A DNA stretch of 64,000 bases from Alphaproteobacteria bacterium (GTDB lineage: Bacteria; Pseudomonadota; Alphaproteobacteria; Holosporales; JBOFFI01): assembly GCA_051648545.1 (NCBI GenBank), contig JBOFFI010000035.1, forward strand, positions 82,682 to 146,681, given 5' to 3'. The notes beneath the pieces are model-generated. The model was not told where the DNA came from. It saw only the letters and a program-made list of their open reading frames with translations, and made no database searches. The number at the start of each line of letters is the position of its first letter. Positions within the stretch are counted from its first letter, which is position 1. The position numbers and the translations under genes were made by a program. Below, in pieces: positions 9,562 to 18,745 of this stretch.

Positions 9562-9717
9562 ATGACATATCCCTCGAGCAGGTTAATCGCTTGCTTAACG
9601 CTGCTTTGGGTGGCTGTTGGCCTTAGCGCTTGCGGGAAAAGAGGGGAGCCCACCACTCCTTGCCAAGTCCCGAGTGATTTTCCTCGAACCTACCCACCTG
9701 AAGCTGAAAAAAGCTAA
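9562..9717 (+). CDS. Small lipoprotein (51 aa), possibly LptM/YifL-like; below ORF-track cutoff
   Basis: AAGGAG 9548-9553 then ATG 9562; MTYPSSRLIACLTLLWVAVGLSACGKRGEPTTPCQVPSDFPRTYPPEAEKS*; signal peptide plus lipobox LSAC followed by GKRGEP. Confidence 0.55.
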   Translation: MTYPSSRLIACLTLLWVAVGLSACGKRGEPTTPCQVPSDFPRTYPPEAEKS

Positions 9718-10625
9718 GTTTTTTCAGCCAAAGGGGAGGGCGTTTTACGTTCTTGATACCCTAAGAAAAGGATAGCGGTCATAATTAAAGCAGTGCCCCC
9801 AAGGGTCCATAGGCTGGGAACCTCGTGGAAGCAGAGAAATCCAATCAAAATGCTGGCAATAAGTCTGGTGGATCCAAAGGGGATGAGGAATGTGACATCC
9901 GCGCAAACGAAAGCTTTGTTCATGCTGAAGTGAGCCGCAGAAGCAACCCCCCCCAACAAAAAAAGCCATAACAGCTGGGCAAGAGTTGGTGTCACCCACA
10001 TAAAAAAGCAGGGAATGCCTAAACAAGGGGTCATCAAAAGCATCAGCAACGCAACAATCAATGCGGGGCTATCAAACTGTGTCAGGTGTTTGCTCATCAA
10101 GGTTGACGTTGAAAAGGCAAGGGTTGAGGCGATGGGGATTAAAAAAATAAGCTCAACGGAAAACCATGCACAGTCTCCTGATAGATAACGCGCGTGGGAA
10201 ATGACGACACCCCCACAAATGCCCAACAAAATGGCAATGGACCGGTTGACACCCAGTGGCTCTTTTAAAACTAACCGGGCACCAAGGGTGGTGAACAGAG
10301 GCCCCATGAACCCCAGAGATACTGCCTGGGCAATGGGGATAAACGCTAAAGAAAGGTACCAAAGGACGATGCCAACACCAGACGCAAGGGCCCTCCATAT
10401 ATGTAAAGTTAGGTGCTGAGTTCGCCAGGTTTTGGGGCCATGGTAGATAAACCAAGGGATCAAAAACAAAAGGCCGAATAAATTTTGAAAAAAAGCAAGC
10501 TCAACGGAAGGGAGCATGTTTTCTTGAGTTGAAAGGTAGCGAATGATGCCGTTGATACTCGCAAAGCAAAGGCATGAAAGGGTCTTCCAAAAAGCCCCTT
10601 CCCACCGAGATTTATGAATCTTCAT
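9714..10625 (-). CDS. EamA/DMT-family transporter
   Basis: 303 aa, about 10 hydrophobic helices in a two-EamA-repeat layout; tandem with a paralogue. Confidence 0.8.
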   Translation of the reverse strand: MKIHKSRWEGAFWKTLSCLCFASINGIIRYLSTQENMLPSVELAFFQNLFGLLFLIPWFIYHGPKTWRTQHLTLHIWRALASGVGIVLWYLSLAFIPIAQAVSLGFMGPLFTTLGARLVLKEPLGVNRSIAILLGICGGVVISHARYLSGDCAWFSVELIFLIPIASTLAFSTSTLMSKHLTQFDSPALIVALLMLLMTPCLGIPCFFMWVTPTLAQLLWLFLLGGVASAAHFSMNKAFVCADVTFLIPFGSTRLIASILIGFLCFHEVPSLWTLGGTALIMTAILFLGYQERKTPSPLAEKT

Positions 10626-11514
10626 AACGCAGAAACCAAACAGTCATTAACATAATTCCGCCCACAGCCAAAACCAGAACGGGTGATACCGTTTCACCAA
10701 AGCAAACATAGCCCAACAGCGACCCAAACACAAACCGTACGATAGACAGTGGCATCAGATAGCTGATATCCGCCAATTGTAAGGCGCGGTTTAAAGCATA
10801 ATAGGCAAATCCACTCAGCAACCCCAAAAAACCCAGCCATGGAAGTTGATTCCACGTTGGAAAAGTACCCAGCACCACCGTTGGGATGGAAAGAAAAAGG
10901 CTTCCCCAGACAAGCATGGAAAGCGTTGCAGCCCATGATTCAACCTGCTTCAACACTTGCTTAGCTATCAAGTGGGACGCGCTCAAAGCCCCCAATGCTA
11001 TCAGGGGAACAAACGTGTACCACCCATAAGATAGATCAAAAGAATTCCCTCTCCAAACTGTTTGAAAATGTTTAAAAAACAGCAAACAGGTTCCAGCCAA
11101 GCACAATCCAAGGGCTATAAGGCGCCCGTTTTTTAAATGCTCTTTCAAAAAAAGGTGGGCGGCAAAAACGGTCAACAGCGGGCTGAGCAGCTTGAAAACC
11201 GACAGGGTAGCAAAGGGGATATGTTTTAAAGACACGCACCAAAGCCCAATCCCAACGCTGGCGAAAAAGGCTCTGGTCAAAGCAAGAGGGGAGGAAAAAA
11301 GCCTAAGGAAGCGTATGTTTGATGATGAAAAATAGCCCGCACCCCCCAGAAAAATAGCCCCAAAGCAAAGCTCAAAAAAGGCCAACTCAAAAGGCGAAAG
11401 CGGATCTTCCCCATGGGTTGATAGGTGGCGAATTAAAGCGGCAATCCCTGCAAAACAGGCATAAGAAAGCACCTTCCATCCCAGGGCCTGTTTTTTTTGC
11501 AAAGATTGAAACAA
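10612..11514 (-). CDS. EamA/DMT-family transporter (tandem paralogue)
   Basis: 300 aa polytopic membrane protein of the same architecture; overlaps the downstream paralogue by 14 nt. Confidence 0.8.
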   Translation of the reverse strand: MFQSLQKKQALGWKVLSYACFAGIAALIRHLSTHGEDPLSPFELAFFELCFGAIFLGGAGYFSSSNIRFLRLFSSPLALTRAFFASVGIGLWCVSLKHIPFATLSVFKLLSPLLTVFAAHLFLKEHLKNGRLIALGLCLAGTCLLFFKHFQTVWRGNSFDLSYGWYTFVPLIALGALSASHLIAKQVLKQVESWAATLSMLVWGSLFLSIPTVVLGTFPTWNQLPWLGFLGLLSGFAYYALNRALQLADISYLMPLSIVRFVFGSLLGYVCFGETVSPVLVLAVGGIMLMTVWFLRYEDS

Positions 11515-11586
11515 ACCACAGAACCCCTTTTAACAAACACTCATGCATTCTAAAACAAAGATATTTTTTCGTCAAAAAAAGTTTTT

Positions 11587-12612
11587 TCACCGCTCAATGG
11601 AAATTCTAGCTTGGGTATAGCCGTGTTTAAACACGGTTTCCAAAATTGCATCCGCCTCGTTCACGTGCCCCAAAGGCCCCACCATGACGCGATACAAAGC
11701 CCCATGGGAGGTGGATTGTTTTTTGATAAAAACTTTATGCACAAGGGACAATGCACGTACATTTTTTTGAGCATCTAGAAAAAATGCATGGGTTTGCACC
11801 TGAATATAAAGATGTGGATGCCCTGTTTTTGCTTTGACACCAGCGGTTTCAATGGCTGGATCTTTTGCTGAGATAGCCTGTTTTAGCACCCCCTCAACAG
11901 ATTGAGGAGAAGCAGGTAAGGGCTTAATCAGATGATCGATGCTGAGAGAGGTGTGGGGCTGTTTTTGAGAAAGTGGTGATGCCGTTGCAGGAGAAATTAA
12001 AGAAGGATCTTCAGAAGCTGGCTTTGAAGCCAGCAACGTGGGTCGTTTTTTAACCGAACGTGACGCAAGTTTCACACCACTTTTTCTTCCTTCTTGTCTC
12101 GCAAATGCCCGCACATTTTCAGGTAAGCTGATACTTTCTTCCGCAAGGGCTTGGATTTGAACCATCGCTGTGCCTTTTGCATAAAACCCCAAAAGCTGAG
12201 CGGCCCGCACCGAAACGTCTAAAACTCGATTGTTTTTAAAAGGTCCTCTGTCGTTGACCTTTAATTTCAGCATCCGGCCATTTTCTAAATTGGTAACCAA
12301 AACCACGCTAGGAAGTGGGAGGGTTTTATGGGCTGCAGTTAATTGATACATATCAAACGGCTCTCCTGTCGCCGTAGGCAAGCCATGGCAGCCATCCACC
12401 CCTCCATAATAAGAAGCAACGCCTGTTTCTTCTAGTTCATAATGGTGCTGGGGATAATACCATGCGCCTTTGATTTGATAAGGTCTGCTGGTGGCCCGTT
12501 GGGGGCTGAACGTCTGACACTCGTCCAGGGATGCACACCCTGTCAACAACAGCATTCCCATAAGAAAAAAGATGGATAGCCCTCTGTTGAACGCGCTGAG
12601 ACAAAAAAACAT
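11587..12612 (-). CDS. rlpA: Septal ring lytic transglycosylase RlpA-family lipoprotein with C-terminal SPOR domain
   Basis: Lipobox LLTGC; DPBB core GVASYYG..TATGEPFD..LTAAHKTLPLPSVVLVTNLENGRMLKLKVNDRGPF; Pro/Ser-rich linker; SPOR-like C-terminus (YRVMVGPL..EADAIL). Confidence 0.85.
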   Translation of the reverse strand: MFFCLSAFNRGLSIFFLMGMLLLTGCASLDECQTFSPQRATSRPYQIKGAWYYPQHHYELEETGVASYYGGVDGCHGLPTATGEPFDMYQLTAAHKTLPLPSVVLVTNLENGRMLKLKVNDRGPFKNNRVLDVSVRAAQLLGFYAKGTAMVQIQALAEESISLPENVRAFARQEGRKSGVKLASRSVKKRPTLLASKPASEDPSLISPATASPLSQKQPHTSLSIDHLIKPLPASPQSVEGVLKQAISAKDPAIETAGVKAKTGHPHLYIQVQTHAFFLDAQKNVRALSLVHKVFIKKQSTSHGALYRVMVGPLGHVNEADAILETVFKHGYTQARISIER

Positions 12613-13021
12613 AAAAATCTATATTCCTGTTGAGCACCCCTAAAAAAATAAACCGTTAAGTCTAAACATGGGTTAAAAAAGGTTTAACCTTTTCAAGAAA
12701 GCTACAAAAACCTTCTGATAAAAGCAAGTTTTTAAGCTTGCAATTTTTCATGCCTTGCTTCAAATATTTTTCGTCTTTTTTTGTTAAAAAATGACAAATC
12801 ACAGTTTTGAAACAAGGAAGAATAGTTATTCTAAGAAGATTTTTAATATTTTTTATTAAAAATAAGTGGGGGGTAAAAGCCCACGGATTGGAGACTCCTG
12901 GCCAATTGAAGCTTCCCAAAGTGCGTAAGTTGGGAGAAGGGGTGTTGACAGGTTAAAAAGGATTAGGGAATAAATAGAAGCATCCTAAATCATTCGTACA
13001 TCTGAAGAGGAGGATTAACCT

Positions 13022-14335
13022 TTGCAAAGTTCTCGTAGAACAGACTCATCTTTTTACCCATGGTTCATATGGTCTTTTGCGGGGCTTTTTTACCTGTATC
13101 AGTTCGTGTTACGCGCCTCCCCTAATGTCATGGCTGATCAGCTTATGCGGGATTTTTCCATTGATGCGTATTCATTTGGAATTTTAGCTGCCTGCTATTA
13201 TTATACCTATTCTCTTTTCCAGATTCCCGTTGGGCTTATGTTGGATTCTATCGGGCCTAAGCGCGTCTTGCGTGTTGCAGTTGGGCTGTGCGCCCTGGGG
13301 GCCTTGGTTTTTTCCGCAGCGCCTAATTTGTGGTTTGCAGCTTTGGGAAGAACCCTTATTGGAGCGGGCGCTTCCTGTGCTTTTTTAGGAACCGTGCGTT
13401 TAGGAACCCTCTGGTTTCCCCCTGAAAGGCTTGCTTTCGTTGTTGGTGTTTCTGTTGCCCTTGGAAAAGTGGGGGGCATGTCTGCCAACCTGCCCTTGGC
13501 CATTTTGGTCGAAAATTTTTCTTGGCGCCAAGCTACGCTAATCCTTTCTCTTGCGGGTCTTGTAATTTGGTTGCTTGTTTGGATTTTTGTAAAAGATGGT
13601 CCAAGCGACCGTCTTCCTCCGCGACCCACAACAGGGTCTATGTGGGAATCTACCGTCCCCACATTGTCTTTAATCGTTAAAAGCCCTGCTATTTGGTGGA
13701 TTTCTTTGTATGGTTGCTTGATGTATGTTCCTCTTTCGGCTTTCACAGACGCGTGGGGAACTTCTTTTTTGATGAAGCTCCACAACATTGATAAGCCAAC
13801 AGCTTCTGGTGTCATCAGCATGCTCTTTGTTGGAACGGGAATAGGTGCCCCTTTGATTGCATTTTTCTCGGACTACCTCCGCGGAAGGCAGTTTCCCATG
13901 GTGATATCAGCAATTTTCTCGCTGCTTGCAAATGGTGCGCTCATTTTTATCCCTGATCTTTCCTTAGAGACTTCAATCGTCTTGCTTTTCCTCATAGGGT
14001 TTTTCATGACAGGACAGACCCTTGTTTTTGTTGCTGCCAGCGAAGCAACCCCTCCTCACATGAGCGGAACTGTAACAGGCTTTGTCAACATGATCGTGAT
14101 GACAGGAGGGGCCATTTTACAACCCCTCATCGGATATCTTTTAAATTGGTCTTGGGATGGAAAAATGGAAAATTGCTTTCCATCTTATAGCGTCAGTGAC
14201 TTTCGCTTGGCGCTTTCGACAATTCCTTTATGTATGTTATTGTCCCTTGTGGCAGTTGCCTTTGTTCCTGAAACACACCCCAACCGACGTAATAAAGCCC
14301 AAAAGCCTGCTATTAAATCAAAAGAAGCAGAATAG
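13022..14335 (+). CDS. MFS transporter
   Basis: 437 aa, about 12 TM segments; loop 2-3 motif GLMLDSIGPKRVL; TTG start with GAGGAGG 13007-13013. Confidence 0.8.
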   Translation: MQSSRRTDSSFYPWFIWSFAGLFYLYQFVLRASPNVMADQLMRDFSIDAYSFGILAACYYYTYSLFQIPVGLMLDSIGPKRVLRVAVGLCALGALVFSAAPNLWFAALGRTLIGAGASCAFLGTVRLGTLWFPPERLAFVVGVSVALGKVGGMSANLPLAILVENFSWRQATLILSLAGLVIWLLVWIFVKDGPSDRLPPRPTTGSMWESTVPTLSLIVKSPAIWWISLYGCLMYVPLSAFTDAWGTSFLMKLHNIDKPTASGVISMLFVGTGIGAPLIAFFSDYLRGRQFPMVISAIFSLLANGALIFIPDLSLETSIVLLFLIGFFMTGQTLVFVAASEATPPHMSGTVTGFVNMIVMTGGAILQPLIGYLLNWSWDGKMENCFPSYSVSDFRLALSTIPLCMLLSLVAVAFVPETHPNRRNKAQKPAIKSKEAE

Positions 14336-14352
14336 GATAGGGGGAAGAGGCA

Positions 14353-15336
14353 ATGGAAACATTACCTCCTCCACTGGCTGCGTTGATTGGGTCTGCCCTA
14401 GCATCAGCCTCATCAGCTCAGCTTCAAGGGTGGGGAAACCAACTGTCTACAGCTTATCGAGATGAAACGTTCTCATTGTCTCCACAGCAATGTCTTGCTT
14501 ACCTCACCGTTAGGCTTCCTGCAACCTATGCCGTGCTGCGGACCGTTTTAAAAAAATTAAAACTATTTAAGGGGGAAGGGGAAGCGTTTAAAACGTTGTT
14601 AGATGTGGGAACAGGTCCTGGGACTGCGCTATGGGCCTACCAAGAAACATTCCAAGGTTTGGAAGCCTTCACAGGCGTCGACCAGAGTGCAACGTTCTTA
14701 AGGCACGCAACGAAACTTTTAGAACCATTTTCAAGCCAATGCGTTGTCACCTTAGAACAACGAAATTTTTTAAAAAAAGGATCCGCTTCACTTGCCCCTC
14801 ATGAGCTGGTTATCCTCAGTTATATTTTGAATGAGCTATCCTTGGAAGCCGCAAAATTTGCTTTAACTGAAGCATGGAGGCTTTCCACGTCAACCCTTGT
14901 GCTTGTGGAGCCTGGAACATCCAAGTGCTTTGAAAAATTCTTGGTATGGCGAGAGCACCTGATCCAATTGGGAGCTTTCATATGGGCTCCTTGCCCTCAT
15001 CTGCAAGCTTGTCCCCTTGCGAATAACCCCACAGATTGGTGTCATGTCCATGTGCGCCTTCCCAGAAGCCGTCGTCATCAATCTATCAAGCAGGGAACGT
15101 TGGCTTGGGAAGATGAGCCCTACCTTTATCTGATCGCAAGCAAAACACCCTGTCCACAAACAAGCTGGAGCCGGGTTTTGCACACACCTCAAAAAAATCC
15201 CGCTCACCTTCGTCTTTCCCTTTGTCAACCTGACGGAACCTGCGGTTGGCAAATCCTTACCAAAAAAAAGGATGCCGCGCGTTATCAACAAGCACGCAAG
15301 GTGAAGTGGGGAGACCTTTGGCCATCTGTTGATTAA
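14353..15336 (+). CDS. Rsm22-family SAM-dependent methyltransferase
   Basis: 327 aa; SAM motif LLDVGTGPGTALWA; C-terminal Cys cluster CPHLQACPL..WCHV typical of the bacterial Rsm22-like family. Confidence 0.65.
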   Translation: METLPPPLAALIGSALASASSAQLQGWGNQLSTAYRDETFSLSPQQCLAYLTVRLPATYAVLRTVLKKLKLFKGEGEAFKTLLDVGTGPGTALWAYQETFQGLEAFTGVDQSATFLRHATKLLEPFSSQCVVTLEQRNFLKKGSASLAPHELVILSYILNELSLEAAKFALTEAWRLSTSTLVLVEPGTSKCFEKFLVWREHLIQLGAFIWAPCPHLQACPLANNPTDWCHVHVRLPRSRRHQSIKQGTLAWEDEPYLYLIASKTPCPQTSWSRVLHTPQKNPAHLRLSLCQPDGTCGWQILTKKKDAARYQQARKVKWGDLWPSVD

Positions 15337-15420
15337 CCTTCTTTAACGCTCCTTAAAGAAAAACTGTGATTCCACTTGATTTTTGCTGCAAAAACCGATA
15401 CACCTGGATACATAGTTTGG

Positions 15421-15496
15421 GTCCCCATCGTCTAGAGGCCTAGGACACCGCCCTTTCAAGGCGGCAACACGGGTTCGAATCCCGTTGGGGACGCCA
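15421..15496 (+). tRNA. tRNA-Glu (anticodon UUC)
   Basis: Cloverleaf read by eye: acceptor GTCCCCA/TGGGGAC, anticodon stem CCGCC/GGCGG with loop CTTTCAA, T-arm ACGGG-TTCGAAT-CCCGT, encoded CCA. Confidence 0.9.
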
Positions 15497-15541
15497 TCGT
15501 CAGCTTGCAAGCTGATAATCCGCTAAATTTTTAAAAAAAAT

Positions 15542-16522
15542 CTAAAGTGTGAAGGGGAGGGGAAACCCCATAAGATAGAACCGCTTGTTTTTAAGGCTGA
15601 AAGGGATAGACATAGTCCCATCTTGCTCTCGATCAAGAAACACATGGGAAAGCTTTAGAAAAGTAAGATCTCGGTCGCTAACGCCTTGATCTGCCAGCAG
15701 GTTGAAAAGTCTTTGAAAGCCTTGCATTTTAAGTTTAAAATCTCCCTTGAGCGCCAGATTTTCATCGAGTGATAAAGATCCGTCACAAACAAAATCCATC
15801 TGGGGGAAAACCAAAGAAATTTTATCAAACTGTACTTGCCCTTGATGGTTTCTCCAAGTTTCAAGACCATTTTTTTCCTTCATGAAAGCATCAATATGGG
15901 TTATTTTAAAGGCAGTTTCAAACCCAACGCGGGTGTTTCCCTGCAACCGCATTTCTTTTATCCACCCCTCCAGCTTTCCGGCAGCAGAAGCCTCTAAAAA
16001 AAGAGCTTCTTTTTGGCTTCGGGATAAATGAAAATCGAGATGGGTCCCTAAAATTTTCAAAACCGGGATATTATCTTTAACAAAAAAGAGAGATTCTACA
16101 TCAAAAATGATGCCTTTAAAACGAAATCGCTCAAGCAACACACTTCCCCGAAAATAAGATCCTTTGCCTTTGTAATTTTGAAACGTAATTCGGGGCATAT
16201 CTTCAACCCGAATCCAAAACTGATGTTTAAGGGGGAAAAAAATGCCTGCTTTGACGATAAGGGCCGGCGCATAAAAGCGAAAATCCCCAGATTTTATCTG
16301 TATCTCATGTAATTTAAAAGTTAAATCATCTGGAAACCCTGAAGCTTTCATTTCACGGTAAGAAATTTGAAAACCATATTTTTCAGTATTCCCAAGAATT
16401 TTTTCTAAAATATTTTCAAAAAGCCAGCGTTCTATAAACCAAAATGTTGAATAGGTGAGCACAAGGGTTATAAAAACAAATCCCAGGGATCGCTTAAAAA
16501 GGTTAGGCGTTTTGGCAGACAT
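15542..16522 (-). CDS. Membrane-anchored hypothetical protein (possibly DUF2125 family)
   Basis: N-terminal TM (FVFITLVLTYSTFWFI) then about 300 aa soluble; sits in the ftsEX-DUF218-plsC block. Start taken at the second ATG (GAGGG upstream); the ORF-track start is 16564. Confidence 0.55.
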   Translation of the reverse strand: MSAKTPNLFKRSLGFVFITLVLTYSTFWFIERWLFENILEKILGNTEKYGFQISYREMKASGFPDDLTFKLHEIQIKSGDFRFYAPALIVKAGIFFPLKHQFWIRVEDMPRITFQNYKGKGSYFRGSVLLERFRFKGIIFDVESLFFVKDNIPVLKILGTHLDFHLSRSQKEALFLEASAAGKLEGWIKEMRLQGNTRVGFETAFKITHIDAFMKEKNGLETWRNHQGQVQFDKISLVFPQMDFVCDGSLSLDENLALKGDFKLKMQGFQRLFNLLADQGVSDRDLTFLKLSHVFLDREQDGTMSIPFSLKNKRFYLMGFPLPFTL

Positions 16523-17249
16523 GTTGCTGGCCCTCACAACTCGCTTGATGGGATGCGTCTTCAATGCGCTGTTTCAGTTGTTTCATGAAATCAACGCGCT
16601 TTAACCCTGGCTGAATCGGTGGCGCAAAAATGAGAAAAATAGTACCGGGTTTTTTACAAAATTTCCGGCGCTCCCAAAAAAAACCTGAATTTAGCCCTAT
16701 GGGAACAACCGGAACCTGTAGTCGGTGGTAAAGGGTGTAAACACCCGTGTGATAAGTCGATGGAGCCCCTGGTAACGTACGCGTCCCTTCCGGAAAAATA
16801 ACAATGGGCCTTTTTTCAGCAATAGCTTTTTCTGCTTTTTTGAACATCAGCGAAAGGGCTTTCAAACTTTTACGTCCAGAGCGCACAACAGGAATCATCT
16901 CAAGTTTTCTTAAAAGAAGACCAATAAAAGGAATGTGCATCAAACTGCTTTTTAAAACGATAGCAGGATCTTCAAATAAAGCGCTAAACACGATAGTTTC
17001 CCATGCAGATTGATGTTTGCAAGCAAGTATCATCCCTTTTTCACCGTGGGGAATGTGCTCCAACCCCTTAACTTTGTAGTTAATGCCTAAGATGATTTGC
17101 GCCATTTTTAACGTACCCTTGGCCCACACCCTTCCAACCTTCAGGGTAAAGCTTCGGGGTAAACAAAAAAGGAGCAGGATAGGAAAACTGCAAAGGCTCG
17201 TCCACCCATAGAAGATAAAATTGAAAAGTAAAGATTTGATAAAACCCAT
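16503..17249 (-). CDS. plsC: 1-acyl-sn-glycerol-3-phosphate acyltransferase
   Basis: 248 aa; acyltransferase blocks CKHQSAWET (HX4-D/E block) and IFPEGTR. Confidence 0.85.
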   Translation of the reverse strand: MGFIKSLLFNFIFYGWTSLCSFPILLLFCLPRSFTLKVGRVWAKGTLKMAQIILGINYKVKGLEHIPHGEKGMILACKHQSAWETIVFSALFEDPAIVLKSSLMHIPFIGLLLRKLEMIPVVRSGRKSLKALSLMFKKAEKAIAEKRPIVIFPEGTRTLPGAPSTYHTGVYTLYHRLQVPVVPIGLNSGFFWERRKFCKKPGTIFLIFAPPIQPGLKRVDFMKQLKQRIEDASHQASCEGQQHVCQNA

Positions 17250-17250
17250 A

Positions 17251-17823
17251 TTAACCTAATTTTCGAAAAGTTTTTTCAAGTGTCAGACGAAAAAATGAAA
17301 AAAGAAATTTGTTGTACTCTTGAAATATTTTGTAAAAACGTTCTCTGCCATCAGAAACAACAGGATGAGGTGTAATAACCACTTGGGGCATTTGGCTTTG
17401 TAATTCAAAAAGGCTTCGGGCCATGTGATAATCAGATGTAACCAAATATAAGCTATGAATCTTCCGTTTTTCAACCCATTCGCGCACTTCTTCTGCATTT
17501 CCAACCGTGTTTTTTGCTTCATGCCCCAAGGTTAAGCCCGGATGCTTAAATTGCTCAGAATAAAACTGATCTTTTTCTGTTCCGACACCGGAGATCAAAA
17601 TTTGGTTTGCGAGCTTTTTCTGGGCAAGAAAAAAACCTTGCTCAATGCGCCCCCTATCCCCCGTCAATACGACAATAGCCTCTTGGGGCAGCAGCGTTTC
17701 AACGGATGGAATCTTTGCATATATAACCCAGCCATAAAAAAAGCCAAAACCACTCAACCAAATTGTCAACAGCACACAAAGAGAAAGAAAGAGCTTCGCG
17801 AAAAAAGAAAAAATTAGTTTCAT
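17251..17823 (-). CDS. YdcF/ElyC (DUF218) family protein
   Basis: N-terminal TM, then VVLTGDRGRIEQG, ISGV, NTVGNAEE..W motifs; start at ATG 17823 to avoid overlap with ftsX. Confidence 0.75.
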   Translation of the reverse strand: MKLIFSFFAKLFLSLCVLLTIWLSGFGFFYGWVIYAKIPSVETLLPQEAIVVLTGDRGRIEQGFFLAQKKLANQILISGVGTEKDQFYSEQFKHPGLTLGHEAKNTVGNAEEVREWVEKRKIHSLYLVTSDYHMARSLFELQSQMPQVVITPHPVVSDGRERFYKIFQEYNKFLFSFFRLTLEKTFRKLG

Positions 17824-17842
17824 GTTCCCTGCAAAATTAACC

Positions 17843-18745
17843 CTAACTGATTTCAAGATTTCGAAGTGACCACACAACCGTAAAGTGGGTCACCAAGTGT
17901 ACGAGTGTTAAACTCACAACCAACATGAAAACAAAGAAAAAAAGAAGTTGATATAAAAAAGAGGGACTCAAAAAAAAATTTAACAAAGAAGCGTCCAGTT
18001 GTAAAAAAAGCAACAACAGCGTGCCTAAGCAAAAAAAACAAGCTATCCAGAAAGCTTGCAAGGTGTTTTTAAAAGAATGCCTTTGAAATTGTCGAGAAAT
18101 ATAACGGTCTGACGCGCCCATCAGATGCAAAATTTCTAAAATAGAGCTATGGATGCGAACGCCAGTTCGAACAGAAAATATTATAACTAACAGTGCTGCA
18201 ATCAAGAAAAAAAGCACAGAAAACCAAACCGCTTGTTGGGTCGTGCTAAGCCAGTTGGTTAATTTTTGTAAAACTGCCTGGTGGCTAAACACCGTTGCTT
18301 CTGGATAAATTTTTTTCACGTCAGCCTGCAACTGGGGAAGGGCTGAGGTTCCCTGCGCACCCAAAAAAACATCTACCATCACAGGGATCAGCATCAATTT
18401 TTTCGAAAAAGAAACAAGATCCAGGCGGTTGGCTGTTTGTTCTAGTTGCTCTTGGGAAAGAGGAGAGGCTTGCATCACTTCTTTTCTAGCGCTTAAAATT
18501 TCAACCAGATTTTTTTCTATGTCAGCGCGTTCCTGGGGTGTTTCAACTGGAACGGTAATTGTGAGCTGGGATTGGCTCGCCAGGGTTACGTTTTTTACAT
18601 AAAAAGAAATGCCAAGGGCGGCGACCCCTGCAAACAAAATCATAAAAAGGATCATTCCAAAAACCCAAGGAACAAAATCTGCTGAGCTATCCTGGTGGAG
18701 GGGAAGATCAACACTTTTTTTGAAAGGGGGTTGTTGAATCATCAA
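17843..18745 (-). CDS. ftsX: Cell division permease-like protein FtsX
   Basis: 300 aa; TM1, periplasmic loop, 3 C-terminal TMs; translationally coupled (4-nt overlap) to ftsE. Confidence 0.8.
   Translation of the reverse strand: MMIQQPPFKKSVDLPLHQDSSADFVPWVFGMILFMILFAGVAALGISFYVKNVTLASQSQLTITVPVETPQERADIEKNLVEILSARKEVMQASPLSQEQLEQTANRLDLVSFSKKLMLIPVMVDVFLGAQGTSALPQLQADVKKIYPEATVFSHQAVLQKLTNWLSTTQQAVWFSVLFFLIAALLVIIFSVRTGVRIHSSILEILHLMGASDRYISRQFQRHSFKNTLQAFWIACFFCLGTLLLLFLQLDASLLNFFLSPSFLYQLLFFFVFMLVVSLTLVHLVTHFTVVWSLRNLEIS

Noticed and set aside
12662-12919. 85-aa minus-strand ORF in the rlpA/MFS intergenic region
   Set aside because: It lies in very AT-rich DNA, has an odd low-complexity composition, and has no SD or recognisable motif. 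It is most likely a chance ORF.
13207-13821. 204-aa antisense ORF inside the MFS transporter gene
   Set aside because: It is a shadow ORF opposite a well-supported 12-TM coding frame, with an Arg/Pro/Lys-rich composition typical of antisense translation. The same verdict applies to 38719-39219 (opposite rplS), 48855-49286 (opposite rpmA and the TIGR02300 gene), 5907-6227 (opposite the F-box gene) and the many 60-140 aa antisense ORFs within secA, tkt, ctpA and gpmI.
15339-15360. Hairpin TTCTTTAA-cgctcc-TTAAAGAA after the Rsm22-like gene, and palindrome TCAGCTTGCAAGCTGA (15500-15515) after tRNA-Glu
   Set aside because: Both can fold but are AT-rich or loop-less and lack T-tracts. They could be terminators or processing sites, but the evidence is insufficient.
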